Source: Psammoneis japonica
Lineage: Eukaryota
Length of the DNA: 64,000 bases
Direction: 5' to 3'
Assembly: GCA_008632985.1 (NCBI GenBank)
Contig: QPGO01000120.1
Coordinates: 1-64,000, forward strand
Shown: piece after piece, positions 47,708-60,434 of the stretch
Layout: the number at the start of each line of letters is the position of its first letter
Numbering within the stretch: position 1 is the first letter of the stretch
Translations under genes and position numbers: made by a program
The notes under the pieces: model-generated
What the model was told of the DNA's origin: nothing
Databases searched by the model: none
What the model saw: the letters and a program-made list of their open reading frames with translations, nothing else

Positions 47708-49746
47708 TGTCATCTGGGTCACATCCACGAATGGCCACCTTCACCGTGACGCTCCAAATCTTCGTGCAGCTGCGCAAACTGCCCTCCCACTGGTCAGGGT
47801 TGGTGCCATTAAAAATTTCGGATACTCTAGGATGAATATCCTCATTTCCGCACTCTCTCACCAACTCTCTTCTGTTTGGTAGTATGTCAGCAAAATTCCG
47901 CATCTTTCTGTCGCGTGCCTCTCGTAAGTGCTGAAAAAACAAAGCTTGCAGGTGAGGGACAAGCTGTCCCAAAAGACCGGTGACGAACACACATGTGTTG
48001 CGCCATTTTCCATACACAGCGTGAGTTCCTCTTCCATTTGAAATCGCTTTCACTTCTCGATTTCCCTGAAGGCGATCATCACATCTGGGACAAGGACAAT
48101 AGGGCTGGCATCTGTTGAACACGGGCGGATCGCACGAAGAGCAGACGAACAAAAAGGATCCAGTTAGTCGAGTCGTGTATTCAAGTTCATCCGAGTAGCA
48201 CGATCGCCCAGATGGAAACAGTATAGTAGGTCACGCCCCGACGCGCGCGATCGGGCAATAGTAGATATATGGAAAAACACCAGTCACGACCTCGTTCATG
48301 ATTCACGCGTTCGCATACATGGACAATGACGCTCCGAAAATGCCAATAAACCGCATCACCGACCCTTGAACCAAAGTCATCAACAAGACGAATACAAGGT
48401 AGAGACAAACGTTGTTGTATGCATACAACAAAAACCAAATGAATCCATCAACAGAGTCGACAATCAATTGTCAGAATTCCGCCACGGAAACAATGGTCCA
48501 TGGCCGTGGAAATACCAAACTTGCAATCGACGGTATCAAACAACGATAATAACAACATGTCGACGAGACGTGCGTCGTCGCCTTGATATGACAATCAAAT
48601 GAATGATTCACAAGCATCGACGATTACACCCGTAGAATCAAAAGTCTACAGAACATCATGGACCCACGGTGGAATGTCGGGATTTTCGAACTTTGAAACG
48701 ACGGTATCGAAACAGTGACGATAACAATACGACGACAACACATACACAACAAGCGTCGTGATATTTGTGCAACAATCAAATGAAGAAATTGATAGCGACG
48801 ACACAAAAGAGTTCGTCAAACCGCGCGCGAAAAACCACAAAAGCTTCCACGGACGATGTACGCCGAATCAATGAATGGAGCCTCCGAAAAACGATTCGTA
48901 CTGCTAGCCCTTACCTTGACAGAGTTGGGTGTGTAGTACAATGGCGTAAGAAGAGGTGTCAATGAAGCAATGCTAACTTCCTTGCGATTCGATGGCGAAC
49001 GCGAGAAAGTGTGTGTTCGGCTTGATGTGTGTTGCGTGTTGCGTGAAGATTTTAGCGCGCACGTCTTAGCTACGTACTTTGGGCGGTCGTGCTTTTGGAG
49101 CTGGAGAACGATCTCCGTAAACCGAGACATTAGGACAAAAAAAAATGACAAGGAAAGCACGTGCGGAATCGCTACAGGAACATTGTATGAGACTGGACCC
49201 AGTCCAATCCACGACGTCGGGGCCAAAAATGAAGAACCAAATGACAAGACTAACTTTGTAGCATCTGAGCAGGAGCCAAGTGACAATGAAGCAAACGGCA
49301 GAACGAATCCGTGGCGATATGACGAAGTATAAATGACGCCCGAAGTAACATGACAGGCGCGATTTGCATTGTCTTATGCTATCGGTTGGACGAGAATATT
49401 GCATTGAAGGAAATCCCATTATTTTGATTCACCACCTCTTGAATATCAGCCACATTTGGTACATTGTAATAAGCAGTAATGTTGCCTCGTCGAGCATTGT
49501 CGGGTCGGATGCGACAAGCCATCATGCAAGCGTCTTTGGCGGCCTTCAAGTAATCGTCACGATCCGAAACAATCAAGAGTATTTCCGGTGGTCCTTTTCA
49601 GACAAGTCGTCTCGAAACTCGTCTCATTGATATGGGTGCGTGCATGGCCGAGGAATTGAACCGAAACAATCCAAAACATCCAGCATGGCACCACCTTTCA
49701 AGGGCAGGTGAACCCTGTAGCAACAGAGATTCGGATCGACGGTTCT

Positions 49747-50892
49747 TCAGCGGTAACTCGTCCTAGAATTACCGCTGTCGAGCCTCCCCGGGGTGACCAG
49801 CCCTGGCTCTCGTAAGCCGCCATGCAGAATTTGAAATGCAGCCAGGGAGTCGCTGCAGACAACTCCAAGACAGCCACCTGTAATGTTGGAGACCCAGGTG
49901 GACAGGTCTGCCGACCAAGTAGTCAATATCGCCATCTCCGTGCAGCATGGACATCCGTTAGATTGTCCCGATGCCGCTAGTCCGTAAGAATGTGTGACGT
50001 CGACGGGTATTCCCAAGTCAGCGACCCGATCTACATAGTCAATCTTTTGGCTTGCCTCTTCTTCATTTTCCAGCATCCGTTCCTGAAAGGCATCAGGTGC
50101 TGTTTTCCCACACACATCACAAGCAGTCAGATCCGGAGGATCATCAATGTCAACTTGTTGCACCAGATGGTACCCTCTACAATGCTTGTCGTGGCAGCGG
50201 AAGCGCCGGGAGTCGTCTCCAGTCAATGACATGCATCTATCGCATCTGCAGTCAAAGTCCTTCACTCTCTTTAGCTCGGCTCGACGGAGGAACATGGGCT
50301 TTTCCAGGTACTTTTGGTCAAGATAGTTGATAGTTAGCATCTCTCCAGACTGGATGGGCGCAATCACTCGCACTATCTTAGAGCAACCGTCTTGGGAGCT
50401 AAACCAGACACAGTTGGGACGACATGAGTGTGCCATTCGACATGCGACTTCAAAGAGACCGTGCCCCTTGTAGCTTCCGGGCCCACCGCCGTCAGCATTG
50501 ACTGGTTGAACGGCCACAGTATTGAATTTGATCACCATGAAAAGACGAGTGAAGCGCTCGGCACATTCCTGAGACTCGACGTATTCAGACACAAACTCAT
50601 GTACTCGACGAGCATCGGCACATTCCATGTCAACATAAAACGACAAAACCTTTTCTTGGATGTCCTCGGGTTGCTCCAAAAAGTACAAATAGTCCGGCCA
50701 GCTTCGCTCATGCAGCTCTCTTCTCGATCGTCCCCACAGTGGTGAGACTGTACGGTCGTGAGGAGGGAAGACAATCAAAGCCTTTTCTCGAAAGGCTTCC
50801 AGCCCTAAAGTGCCTGGAATCAAATCGGTCTGGGCAACAACAGCATTCCCAAAGCCTTCGACCTCCTGGATTTTGACAAGTTCCATTTTCAT
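49747..50892 (-). CDS. SMYD-like SET-domain protein, C-terminus probably rearranged
   Basis: GFGNAVVA, RMAHSCRPNC, GEMLTINY and post-SET FDCRCDRC motifs. Confidence 0.8.
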   Translation of the reverse strand: MKMELVKIQEVEGFGNAVVAQTDLIPGTLGLEAFREKALIVFPPHDRTVSPLWGRSRRELHERSWPDYLYFLEQPEDIQEKVLSFYVDMECADARRVHEFVSEYVESQECAERFTRLFMVIKFNTVAVQPVNADGGGPGSYKGHGLFEVACRMAHSCRPNCVWFSSQDGCSKIVRVIAPIQSGEMLTINYLDQKYLEKPMFLRRAELKRVKDFDCRCDRCMSLTGDDSRRFRCHDKHCRGYHLVQQVDIDDPPDLTACDVCGKTAPDAFQERMLENEEEASQKIDYVDRVADLGIPVDVTHSYGLAASGQSNGCPCCTEMAILTTWSADLSTWVSNITGGCLGVVCSDSLAAFQILHGGLREPGLVTPGRLDSGNSRTSYR

Positions 50893-51625
50893 TCTCTTGT
50901 CTTGTTCATCGAGATTGCAGTGTGCTCAATGCGTTGTTTCTGCTGGGATGTTTTCGGGTTTTAATGTGAACGATGTCTCCGCGTGATGATGATGTGTTGG
51001 TTGCACTCAACGGACGGACGTGATAGACATACCGTGCCGTCGTGGAGACGATGCTCTTCGGTTTACAATTGTGTGCCAGAGTAAAGAAAAGAGACTATGA
51101 AAAGCACTTCCCCATTCTCCATTATATCTGAGAATGGGCTCTTCTTTGGAAGCGCTCTAGGTTGATGACTGATGCGACGGTCTTTGATTCGATTTTCCCA
51201 GGGTGAAATATGTCGTCTCGAGGAAGAGCTTGCCTTGGACCCAAGCCAGGCTTCAACCGTCTCTCAGCTGATTTCAGACGGCCGTCATGCTTGCTGCATT
51301 TGGTAAATCAAAGCCTCGTTGAAAAGCTACAAAATGTTCTCCTTGGCATGGAAGGGATGCATTTACGATAGAAGCACAGGGTTTCATTCAAAACTCACAT
51401 TTCAGAACAAAAAGAAAATTGCTATTGAGACATTTCTGTCTGTTTTGGCACCGGTACGATACTGTAGAAGAACGAAATGATCCGTGCTCCGAGTCGGGTC
51501 GATCTATCTAGCCGTTGTTGACCTCGAGCAAAACCAGTTGAAACTTTCACGAGCAACACCCCATGCAACATTACACAAGCTGTTGCCCCACCAGAAAGAG
51601 TCAGGATGGAGATGGCAATGTTTCA

Positions 51626-52369
51626 CTAGTCGTTCTTATCTCGCTTGACAAGAGGAAACAGTTCTCTTTTCCATTCTACACAAGGGACGGGATACTTTTT
51701 CTGGTCCAGGTAGTTTGGCATCATGCGAAGCAGTAGAAAGACAAATGTATTGTAGGTCCACATGATGGTATTGAGGACTGCCAGAATCAATCCGAGTTGA
51801 ACCACCTTTGCATTTCGATATTTCAAAAACTGTTTGTGGGCAGCTGTCGTCCATCGTAGCAAAGACGCTTGCCGGTACACACTGAAACCAATCGGCACCA
51901 AGCACTGAATGTACCCATGACAATCCAAATATCCAACAACATGTTCCATTATGATCTGAGACAGCAACAAAAAGAGATGCGGAGCTGCAGCGGTCGCTGC
52001 CATTTCGGCTGCTGCTGAGTTGTCATCTTGTTGCGTATATCGCAGATAGGCCGTACACGCGAGAAGACTCAAAGGTCCCAGCACCCCCACTACAGCATAG
52101 CAACCAATATAAATGTCAAAGAATCCTTGGTGCTGTCCCCTTTCCTCATCGGGTTCAAATTGCAGTCCTCTGTTGGGCTTGTCGGCTTGTTTTGCTAGAC
52201 GATTGCGATCAAAGCGAAGGAAATCGGCCGCCAAGACATACAGGGAATAAGCGACGGCAAAGACTCTGTCAGAAATGGGAATATCATAATAGTACAATAG
52301 CACAACAAGAATCACAGCAAACGGATAGGGCGGTGGTGCATTCTCAATGAATTCGTTCTGGCCCGCCAT
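51626..52369 (-). CDS. Multi-pass membrane protein of unknown function
   Basis: 247-aa ATG-started ORF, several hydrophobic helices, Tyr-rich normal composition. Confidence 0.75.
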   Translation of the reverse strand: MAGQNEFIENAPPPYPFAVILVVLLYYYDIPISDRVFAVAYSLYVLAADFLRFDRNRLAKQADKPNRGLQFEPDEERGQHQGFFDIYIGCYAVVGVLGPLSLLACTAYLRYTQQDDNSAAAEMAATAAAPHLFLLLSQIIMEHVVGYLDCHGYIQCLVPIGFSVYRQASLLRWTTAAHKQFLKYRNAKVVQLGLILAVLNTIMWTYNTFVFLLLRMMPNYLDQKKYPVPCVEWKRELFPLVKRDKND

Positions 52370-52579
52370 GGTGATAGGTATTCTGGAGTTCTGAGTTCAT
52401 CAATCGCCAACGAGTAGGGACGGACAGACCAGCGATGGCCAGCATCTAAGCTGCTCTACTCTACCGTAGCTACCGGCAGCTAGCTACAGCAGCTAGAGCT
52501 CTAGCTGCTGCTCTAGAGTAGCATCTATCTATCTATCTATGGCATGGACATGTTATGTCGATCAGAGCGAGTGTTAGAG

Positions 52580-54150
52580 TGCTTGAAGCCAGAGCTCCAG
52601 GCAGGGAAGAAATGCACTGGCTAAAGTGGCGGAGAGGGGCATGGACTTGACCAGAGTGGGACCCCATTTGCTCCTCACTTTGTGGAAAGCCACATCTGTT
52701 TGGTTGCAAGAAGAATGACAGGGAATGATGCGCAAGCGACCCCATTGATTTTTGCCCGTGGTGGCAGAGTGACCCTGTGAGTTGGTCTCTGTGCTCTGTT
52801 TCAAGAAACACAGTTGGAACAAACTCTCTCTTGTCCACTTCACTGGGTGCATCTAGCATTGCCTCTTTAGATGTGCAGTGTCATGCCACAATGGCTCACA
52901 TGCAAAAACAACAATGGAGTGAGCCTCTTTCCGTTCCGGTTGAGGCAGCAGACAGCAGACAATTCACAGGCATCATCTGCCGGGTGCAAGCCTCAATTCA
53001 AAGAGTCAATGGCAGCTGTGCTTTCAGCTGCTGGCTTCTGCTTTGGCAGTGGGTTTCCTTTTTGATTCATTCTTTTTTTGCTTTGCTGCTGGTGGCTGGT
53101 GCATGGGGGTGCCAAAAGCGCTTCCTGAGCCGGACCCACTGCTGTGTTTTGAATCATTAAGAGGCAACCACTGGTTTGTGTGCAAAGGAGAAAGCAAAAT
53201 GCTTGTGAGATGTGTGCAACTTTAAATCCATGCCTTTGGTCTGACATGCAATGACATTGCTTGATTCACCAATGGGAAAGTTGTCATCTGTCACTGTCAA
53301 TGGAGAGCAGAGTTTGCAACCCAACTGCTGGCAAGTTGAAAGAGAGTCACATCATTGGCTCCCAACATCAACCAGACAGCGCTGCCAGCTCCAATCAACT
53401 CAAGTCATGACTCACATTGACACCCACTTCTTTGTGCAGCTCACAAGTGGCTCTCATTTTGTTGGCAAAGAGCAGCTGGTCCTTGGCAGCTCCTCTGCAC
53501 TCTGGGCTGCTTGAACAAACTTGGGTTTGTCAGTGTGTCTGCCTGGAAGCTGAAGGTGGGGACCCTTTTTTCTTGCATGTGCAATTCAAGAGCAACAGCC
53601 CATGAATGCTGTGGACTGCAATGTGTGCAAAACAAAACAAAACAAAAAGTTGGAGGTTGCCATGGTGACAACAAACAATGTGGCAACACTTTGACCAGAG
53701 AGTCACTCACCAATGAAAGTGAACCCACTGCAGCAGCATCCCACATGGCCCACCAGGCTTGGCTTTTCTGAAAGGTCTTGAGGAGTGGCACTCTCACCAC
53801 TTGGCTTTTCTGAAACATTCTGAGGACCAGCATTTTTGAGACTTGACATTTCTGAATCATCTCAAGGAACAGCATTGTCAATGCCTGGCTTTTCCAAAAT
53901 TTTCAGGGGAATGTCACTTTTCTCACTTGAGCTTTCCAAAACATCCTGAGGAAAGGTGTTGTCAATCTGTGCTTGATGCTTGACAAGAGTTTTGCATGCA
54001 ACCTCTTCTCATCTGTGACACTCAGTGCACATGGTTCATGACAAAAGTTCTTGACGTTGACTGTGCTGCCCATTTTTGCAAGCATTTGACAATTGTGCAA
54101 GAGCTGGTGGGTCACTTCACTCCTTTGCTTCTTATTTTCTTGGAATCCAT
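52580..54150. mobile_element. Degenerate repeat relic containing a decayed 42-bp tandem repeat (53761-53970)
   Basis: TpA/CpG-depleted; ggcttttctgaaa....tgagga unit recurs about 5 times at a 42-bp period. Confidence 0.5.
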
Positions 54151-54235
54151 TGAATTTTTGATGCCTGTAAAAACTCATCCAAGTCCACCACAATCGTTCT
54201 ACCTCTTTGTTGATGCAGTAACAGGCCTCTACTCC

Positions 54236-54571
54236 AGTGGTTATCCGTACAGATCCTGGTGTTGATTCTACGAGACACAATATAAGACACCATAGATTTC
54301 GCGCGAAAAGAAGCGTGCCGGCGATTGATTCGTGGCCCCAGACTGCGACGAACTCATTTCTTATGTATTCAGAAGCCTTCAAATGCCACTATAAATCGAT
54401 TTTCCCTTATGTTATCCATAAGCCCCTATGCCCTGTGGTGTTTAACGCTTTGCTGTCAACGGCAAAACAATTAGGGAGCATTGGAAAAATTGTGGTGGCG
54501 TTTTGGATTGAGATACCACACTGACACCATATTTTATCCAAACATGGTATCTGGCTGTACGGATAACCACT
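54236..54571. mobile_element. MITE with AGTGGTTATCCGTACAG TIRs, TpA-intact
   Basis: Perfect TIRs; internal homology to 21137-21590. Confidence 0.88.
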
Positions 54572-54943
54572 AGAAGCATCTCATTGGTTGTATTCGCGCC
54601 ATCGTACTAAGACTGTGAGTGGCTGAGCCTGTCCGGCAGCTAGATTTACTCGCTTCATCAGAGCCAAGTCGTTAACTCAGGTTTAGTTTGACGAAAAGCA
54701 TTGAACAACTGTGAAGAGATGATCGCACCAAGATGGCAGGGTTGTGATGACGAATGCCGGTCGATCGAAGGGTGCATGATGATCATCGTCACCTGGCATC
54801 AGTGAATGAACAAGCAGTGAGGAGACATGGCCAGTTCCATGCTTCTAATGGCCATGTGTTGTTGTCAACACAGACCGAGACATCCTTTTTTTAATTTGTG
54901 ATTTCTCACATGACTCTGTTTTCCCACTGGCACAGGCACCACC

Positions 54944-57900
54944 ATGGCGGCTGCTCCTCCGGATCCTGTCGAGACAGCACTCGAATGGATCGGATTTGTT
55001 GATCCAGCTCAACGAGTCTCGCTTGTGGCGGACTTTGCGTCTTTTGACGATTTAGAAGACCTCAAGGAAGAAGACATCGACTCCCTTGCATCATCACACG
55101 CTGGGAGGACGGTTGCTGAAGGGCGCATTCATTTTGGTTTGGCCCGCAGTCGTCGACTCAAAGCTCTCATCCATTGGGCACAGGACTTTGGTCATGTGAG
55201 CGAGAACCCCACTCTGGATGGGCTTGACCAGGCCACTTTCCGCACTGCTCTCCAGACGGCACTCAGTCGTGCTGAGATCCGTTCCCAGACCAAGACCACT
55301 GCTGACTCTTTTGGTGAAGAGGCGTCACCCGGGATGTTGGAGAGTGAAAAGGATTGGGTCAAGTGGAGCACTGGCTTGACGAATGTGCTTGGTGTTGTGC
55401 CAGGAGTCTCTGGCATGCTGTTGGTGCATTGCACGCGTCAAAACGATGCACCTGAACCTCAAGGCCACAACACTTTTGTCCAGAAGTGCATTGCATGTGC
55501 ACCCCTCCAAGGCCCAGCCTTCAAGGCTGACACTTGTGCGGTTCATTTGCTCATCAAGTCCCTTGCCACGGGCACACCCAGTGAGCAATGGTTGAAAGAC
55601 CACAAGAATGAGCAGAACGGACGAGTTGACTTTGGGGCGTTGTGTGACCATTGCCAGGGGGAAGGGAATGCCTCCCCACCGCATCTCTGAAGCCGAGCGC
55701 ATGGAGAACACCCTCCATTGCAAGAGTGAATGCGCCATGCCGTTTGAGTTGTTTGTCAACAAGCTTCAAGAAATGTTCAACATTTTTGAAGAGAACAACG
55801 AACCGAAAATGGAGGCCCAGAAATTGTGGATTCTTTTTGAGAAGACGCAGCACCAACCACTGCAAGCAGCAGTTGAGACCTTGAAGGCACAGAATGAGTT
55901 TGGAGGAGGCATCACATTCACCACGGCGGCCAATCATCTTGCTGCAAAAGTTGCCACCCTTCCAGAGATGATTGCGCATTGTCGCGCGATTGCCGCAGTC
56001 ACCTCTGGAGGAGGAAAAGAGGGTGGTGCCATTTACAATGAGGATGGATCCATTGACACTGGATGCCACAAAAATTGGTGCCAGTTGAGCAAGGAGGACA
56101 AACAGAAGGTTGTCGACGAGCGCGTGCGTCTGGGTGTTGCCAAACTACCCAAACCAACCAAACGCCGTGCTGCATCCGTTAAGTCGCTCAAGAAGAAGAA
56201 TGGAAGCTGTCATCGCAGCTCAAAGAAGCCAACCGCAAAATCTCCACCCTGAACACTGATGCCAGCGCCGATTCTGGCGATGATGAATCAAGGGCTGGTG
56301 GCAAAGACGGAGATGATGCCGGAGACGCATTTGGTGGTTGCAGTGAAAAGCGCAGAGGAAAGAACAAATGACTGCCAAGCTGGACCCTGCTTTGTTGCAT
56401 CATGAACTTCTTGTTGTGGTTGCTGCAATGGGGTGGGGGACAGCCGCATCCATCAAAGGAGCAGCACACACGTGGCTGTGACAAACGCGTCTGTGAGGTC
56501 GTCACCTCAACATGGCGTGTCTCTTGGCAATGCGGTCTGACACCACACGAATCACTCACATCCGTGACATGAGCAAGGTGCAGCATGGATGCCTTGAAAT
56601 GGATTCGCATGCTGACACCACTGTTTTTGGTCAAAACTTTACCCTCTTGGTTGCAATTCCACCAAGAGTGTCCCAATCATCTCGGCAGCCACGGCGTGGA
56701 CGTCACCGACATTGGGAGCAACATTTGTTCTGGTCTTCCACGAGGGCTTGTGGATGCCAGATTCCATGGAGCACTTGCTGGTTAACCCAAACCAGCTGCG
56801 GCACTTTGGTGTTAAGGTTCAGGACAACCCCTGCTCTGATTCACCACTGCACATCCTTGCAGAGGACAGATCTTTCATGATGCCACTTGAAGCCATGGGG
56901 ACCAACATTGTTGCGGCAACTTGCACTCCCACAGAGCAGGAATTGCACAAATGCCCCAAGATCCAGATGACCTCCCAACAACCTTGGGATCCACAGACCG
57001 TTGCATTCAAACCTGTTGGAACTTGACAATCTGCGGAGGAGGAAATGGAGCTAGTTTGGTCAATTGCGATGATCCATGCCAATCTGACACACACGAGTTC
57101 AAAGCTGATCCTGCCTGCAGCAACCCTCAATCCAGGGACTGTTGCAATGAGCGATTCATTTGTGCAGTCGATCAAGTCCAATCAAGGCTCATGGCTGCCG
57201 TCAATGTGGAATCGGAGTCAACAGTCCAGATCTCTGCCACAGAAACAATCGGCAAAGGACCTGAAGACTCAGCACTCCCAAAGACATTCATGTCTGAGGA
57301 GAGACACAGTGATGTGTCGACTGCTGACTCAAGTGAACGATGGTGCATGGGACTCAAGCAAGCAGCAAGCATGCTCAAGAAGACTGCGCAAAAGCTCATC
57401 AGGTCAGCGTTGATGCCAATGGGTTGACGCTGTCGGGCCGATCGGATGTTCACGAAGCCTGGGTTACGTGGTGAATGGGCAACCGACACGGTTGATGGCA
57501 AGGTGGTCTTGCTGGAGGGCAATTGATGTGCTCAGATCTTCACAAACAAACAACACTTTGCTGCGATTTATCCCATGGACAAGAAGAGCAAGGCTGGCGA
57601 GGCTCTCAAGATGTTTTGCCAGGAATTTGGCGTGCCAGAGAAACTCCTGATGGATGGATCTAAGGAGCAAATGAAACCTGGTGCGGAGTTCATGAAGACC
57701 GTGCGCAAGGAGGGCACAGATTGTCATGTCATCAAACCCGATCGACACAACCAGAATCCTGCAGAAGGAGTTGTGCGCAAGGCCAGACGCAAGTGGTTCC
57801 GCATCATGGTCAAGAAGCAAGTGCCGCGGCGACTGTGGGACTGCGGATTTACGTGGACATGTGAGACCATGTCTCACACATTCCTTAGAGCACATCATTT

Positions 57901-60430
57901 GGATGCTGGAGTGCCACCAGAGAACATTGTTGGAGAGACCGTGGACATCTCGGAGTGCCTTGACTTTGGATTTTATGATTGGGTCTGGCACAGGGAGAAT
58001 GCTGGTCCAGGGGACGAGAAGCTCGGCAGGTGGCTTGGTGCATCTCACAGAACAGGGAGTCTCATGTCGTGCTGCGTTCTGACACAGACAGGCGTGTATT
58101 TTGAGAACTTCTGTTCAACGAGTCACCAATTTGGAAGCCGCTGCTCAAGAGAAAAAGGCAAAGTTTGACAGTTTTGATGAGGAGATCAAGCGACGGTTTT
58201 GAAGGAGCAAGACTTCCCCGATGACGGGGATCGCAAGATCAGTCCCGAAGACTGGAAAGACCACCTTGAATACGACGATGAATTCCTCGATGAGCATGAT
58301 CGTGTCACATCCTCAGAGGAGGCAGCAAATGACGATGACGATGGGAAAGACGAGGAAGCCTCACCGGAGGCGGCGGACTGGGGACACCTTGACATGGAAG
58401 TTGCGCTTCCAAGAGATGACAATGGTCCTGAGTTTGCTCATGTCATGAAGAGGTTGAGAGATGCCAACAGTGTTCCGATGGGAACAGCCAATGACAATCC
58501 CATCCTTGACACAAGGATGCATGAGGTAGAGTGCCCTGATGGGCACCATGCTGCGCTCTCTGCTGACTCCATCGCCATGAATGTGTTTGCTCAGATCGAC
58601 GAGGACGGAAACCGGCATGTCTCATTTGACGAGATTGTTGATTGCCACACCAACGGGGACGTTCCTGAGTCCGAGTTCTTTGAGACCAAGCAAGGCGTTC
58701 AGAAGAGGCGCAAGACTGCCAAAGGATGGGAACTCCTGTTCCAATGGAAGGACGGAAGTGCGACTTGGATCGACTTGAAGATTACAAAGGAGAGCTTCCC
58801 AGTCCAAGTTGCCAAGTTTGCCATTCAGCGCAAGATCTCGAATGAGGCGGCGTTTGCCAGGTGGGTCCCTCATGTCATGAAAACCCGCAAGCGTTCCATT
58901 GCGAAGGTCAAGTCAAAGCATTGGCTTCGGACACACAAATTTGGCACACGGATCCCAAAGAGTGTCAAGGAGGCGATCCAGATCGATCGCGCAAATGGCA
59001 ACACCCTGTGGTGGGATGCCATTTGCATGGAGATGAAGAATGTGCGGGTTGCTTTTGACAAGTGTGAAGGGGAGCTTAAGGACATGGCACCTGGTTTCCA
59101 GGAAGTGAAGTGTCACATGATTTTTGACATCAAATTGGGAGAAAACTTCCGCCGTAAAGCTCGCATGGTGGCTGGAGGCCACACTGCTGAACCCCCCGCA
59201 CACATCACTTGCTCCTCTGTTGTCTCTTGGGAGATGGCAAGGATTGCACTGACGCTGGCTGCACTCAATGACTTGCAAGTCTTTGCATGTGACATCCAGA
59301 ACGCCTGCTTTGCTGCCCCTTGCAGGGAGAAGATTTGGACCAGAGCAGGTTCCGAGTTTGGCGAGGATGAAGGTTGCATCATGATTGTGGTCAGAGCCCT
59401 GTGCGGATTGAAGAGCTCCGGAGCAGCGTTCAGGGCATTCCCAGCGGAGACGCTTTATGATCTAGGGTGCAAACCGAGCAAGGCTGATCCGGATGCATGG
59501 ATGCGACCTGCGGTGAAACCCGACGGATTCGAGTGCTGCGAATGCGTTCTAGTTTATGTGGACGACGTGCTGTCGATCAGTCATGAACCCATGAAGACGA
59601 TGGATGGCATCAGGTCCAAGTTCAAGCTCAAGGGTGACAAGGCAGCCGAACCGGATTCTCATCTCGGTGCTGCGCTTTCCAAGATGATTTTAGCCGATGG
59701 GACCACCTGTTGGGCAATGTCTGTGGAGAAGTGCTGCAAGGCTGCTGTCCACAATGTAGAGGACAGGCTTGGCAAGGAGGGGAAACATCTGCCCAGCAAG
59801 GCAACAACCCCACTGAGCAGTGGATGCAAACCCGAGTCTGACACTGCTGGCAAACTGGACGCTGAAGGACTTCACTGCTGTCAAGAGCTTGTTGGCACAC
59901 TGGTTTGGGCTGTGGAACTCGGCAGAGTGGACATCCATTTGGAGGTTTCGTCAATGTCTGCTCACCTCGCTCTTCCTTGCGTTGGTCATCTGGAACAGGT
60001 GTTGCACATCTTTGCATGCCTCAAACAGGTTCCAAAGCGCCAAGTGGCATTTGATCCGGCTCATCCAAGATCGATGAATCGCGATTCGTGAAGTGTGACT
60101 GGCGCGACTTCTGCCGAGATGCAAGAGAAGCCATTCCGACAAATGCACCACCAGCTCAAGGTAATGTGGCATCGACACATTGTTTTGTGGATGCTGACCA
60201 TGCCGGAAATGTTGCCGATCGTCGCAGCCATGCAGGTGTCTTGATGTTTGTCAATCGGGCACCCATCGTGTGGCACTCAAAGCGTCAGAATGCCATGGAG
60301 GCTGGCACATTTGGGGCTGAGATCGTTGCACTCAAGAATGCCATCGAGCTCACAGAGGGTCTACGATGCAAGCTTCGAATGTTTGGGGTGCCGATCGAAG
60401 GGCCAACAAATGTCTTCTGTGACAATGAGG
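54944..60430 (+). mobile_element. Second Ty1/copia element (different family), 3'-truncated, gag-pol pseudogene
   Basis: Gag; PR MDSHADT; IN HNQNPAE; RT KARMVAGGH, YVDD; RH FVDADHAG, FCDN. Multiple frameshifts and stops; no 3' LTR seen. Confidence 0.92.
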
Positions 60431-60434
60431 CAGC

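Noticed and set aside
47710..49740. Possible gene or LTR fragment in this interval
   Set aside because: Short ORFs with no recognisable motif and no partner repeat in the window; left unannotated.
11220..52369. Local genes (SET, 2OG oxygenase, BTB) as the machinery of the mutator
   Set aside because: The oxygenase has P4H rather than AlkB/TET motifs, the large SET protein looks secreted, and adjacency carries little weight in a eukaryote.
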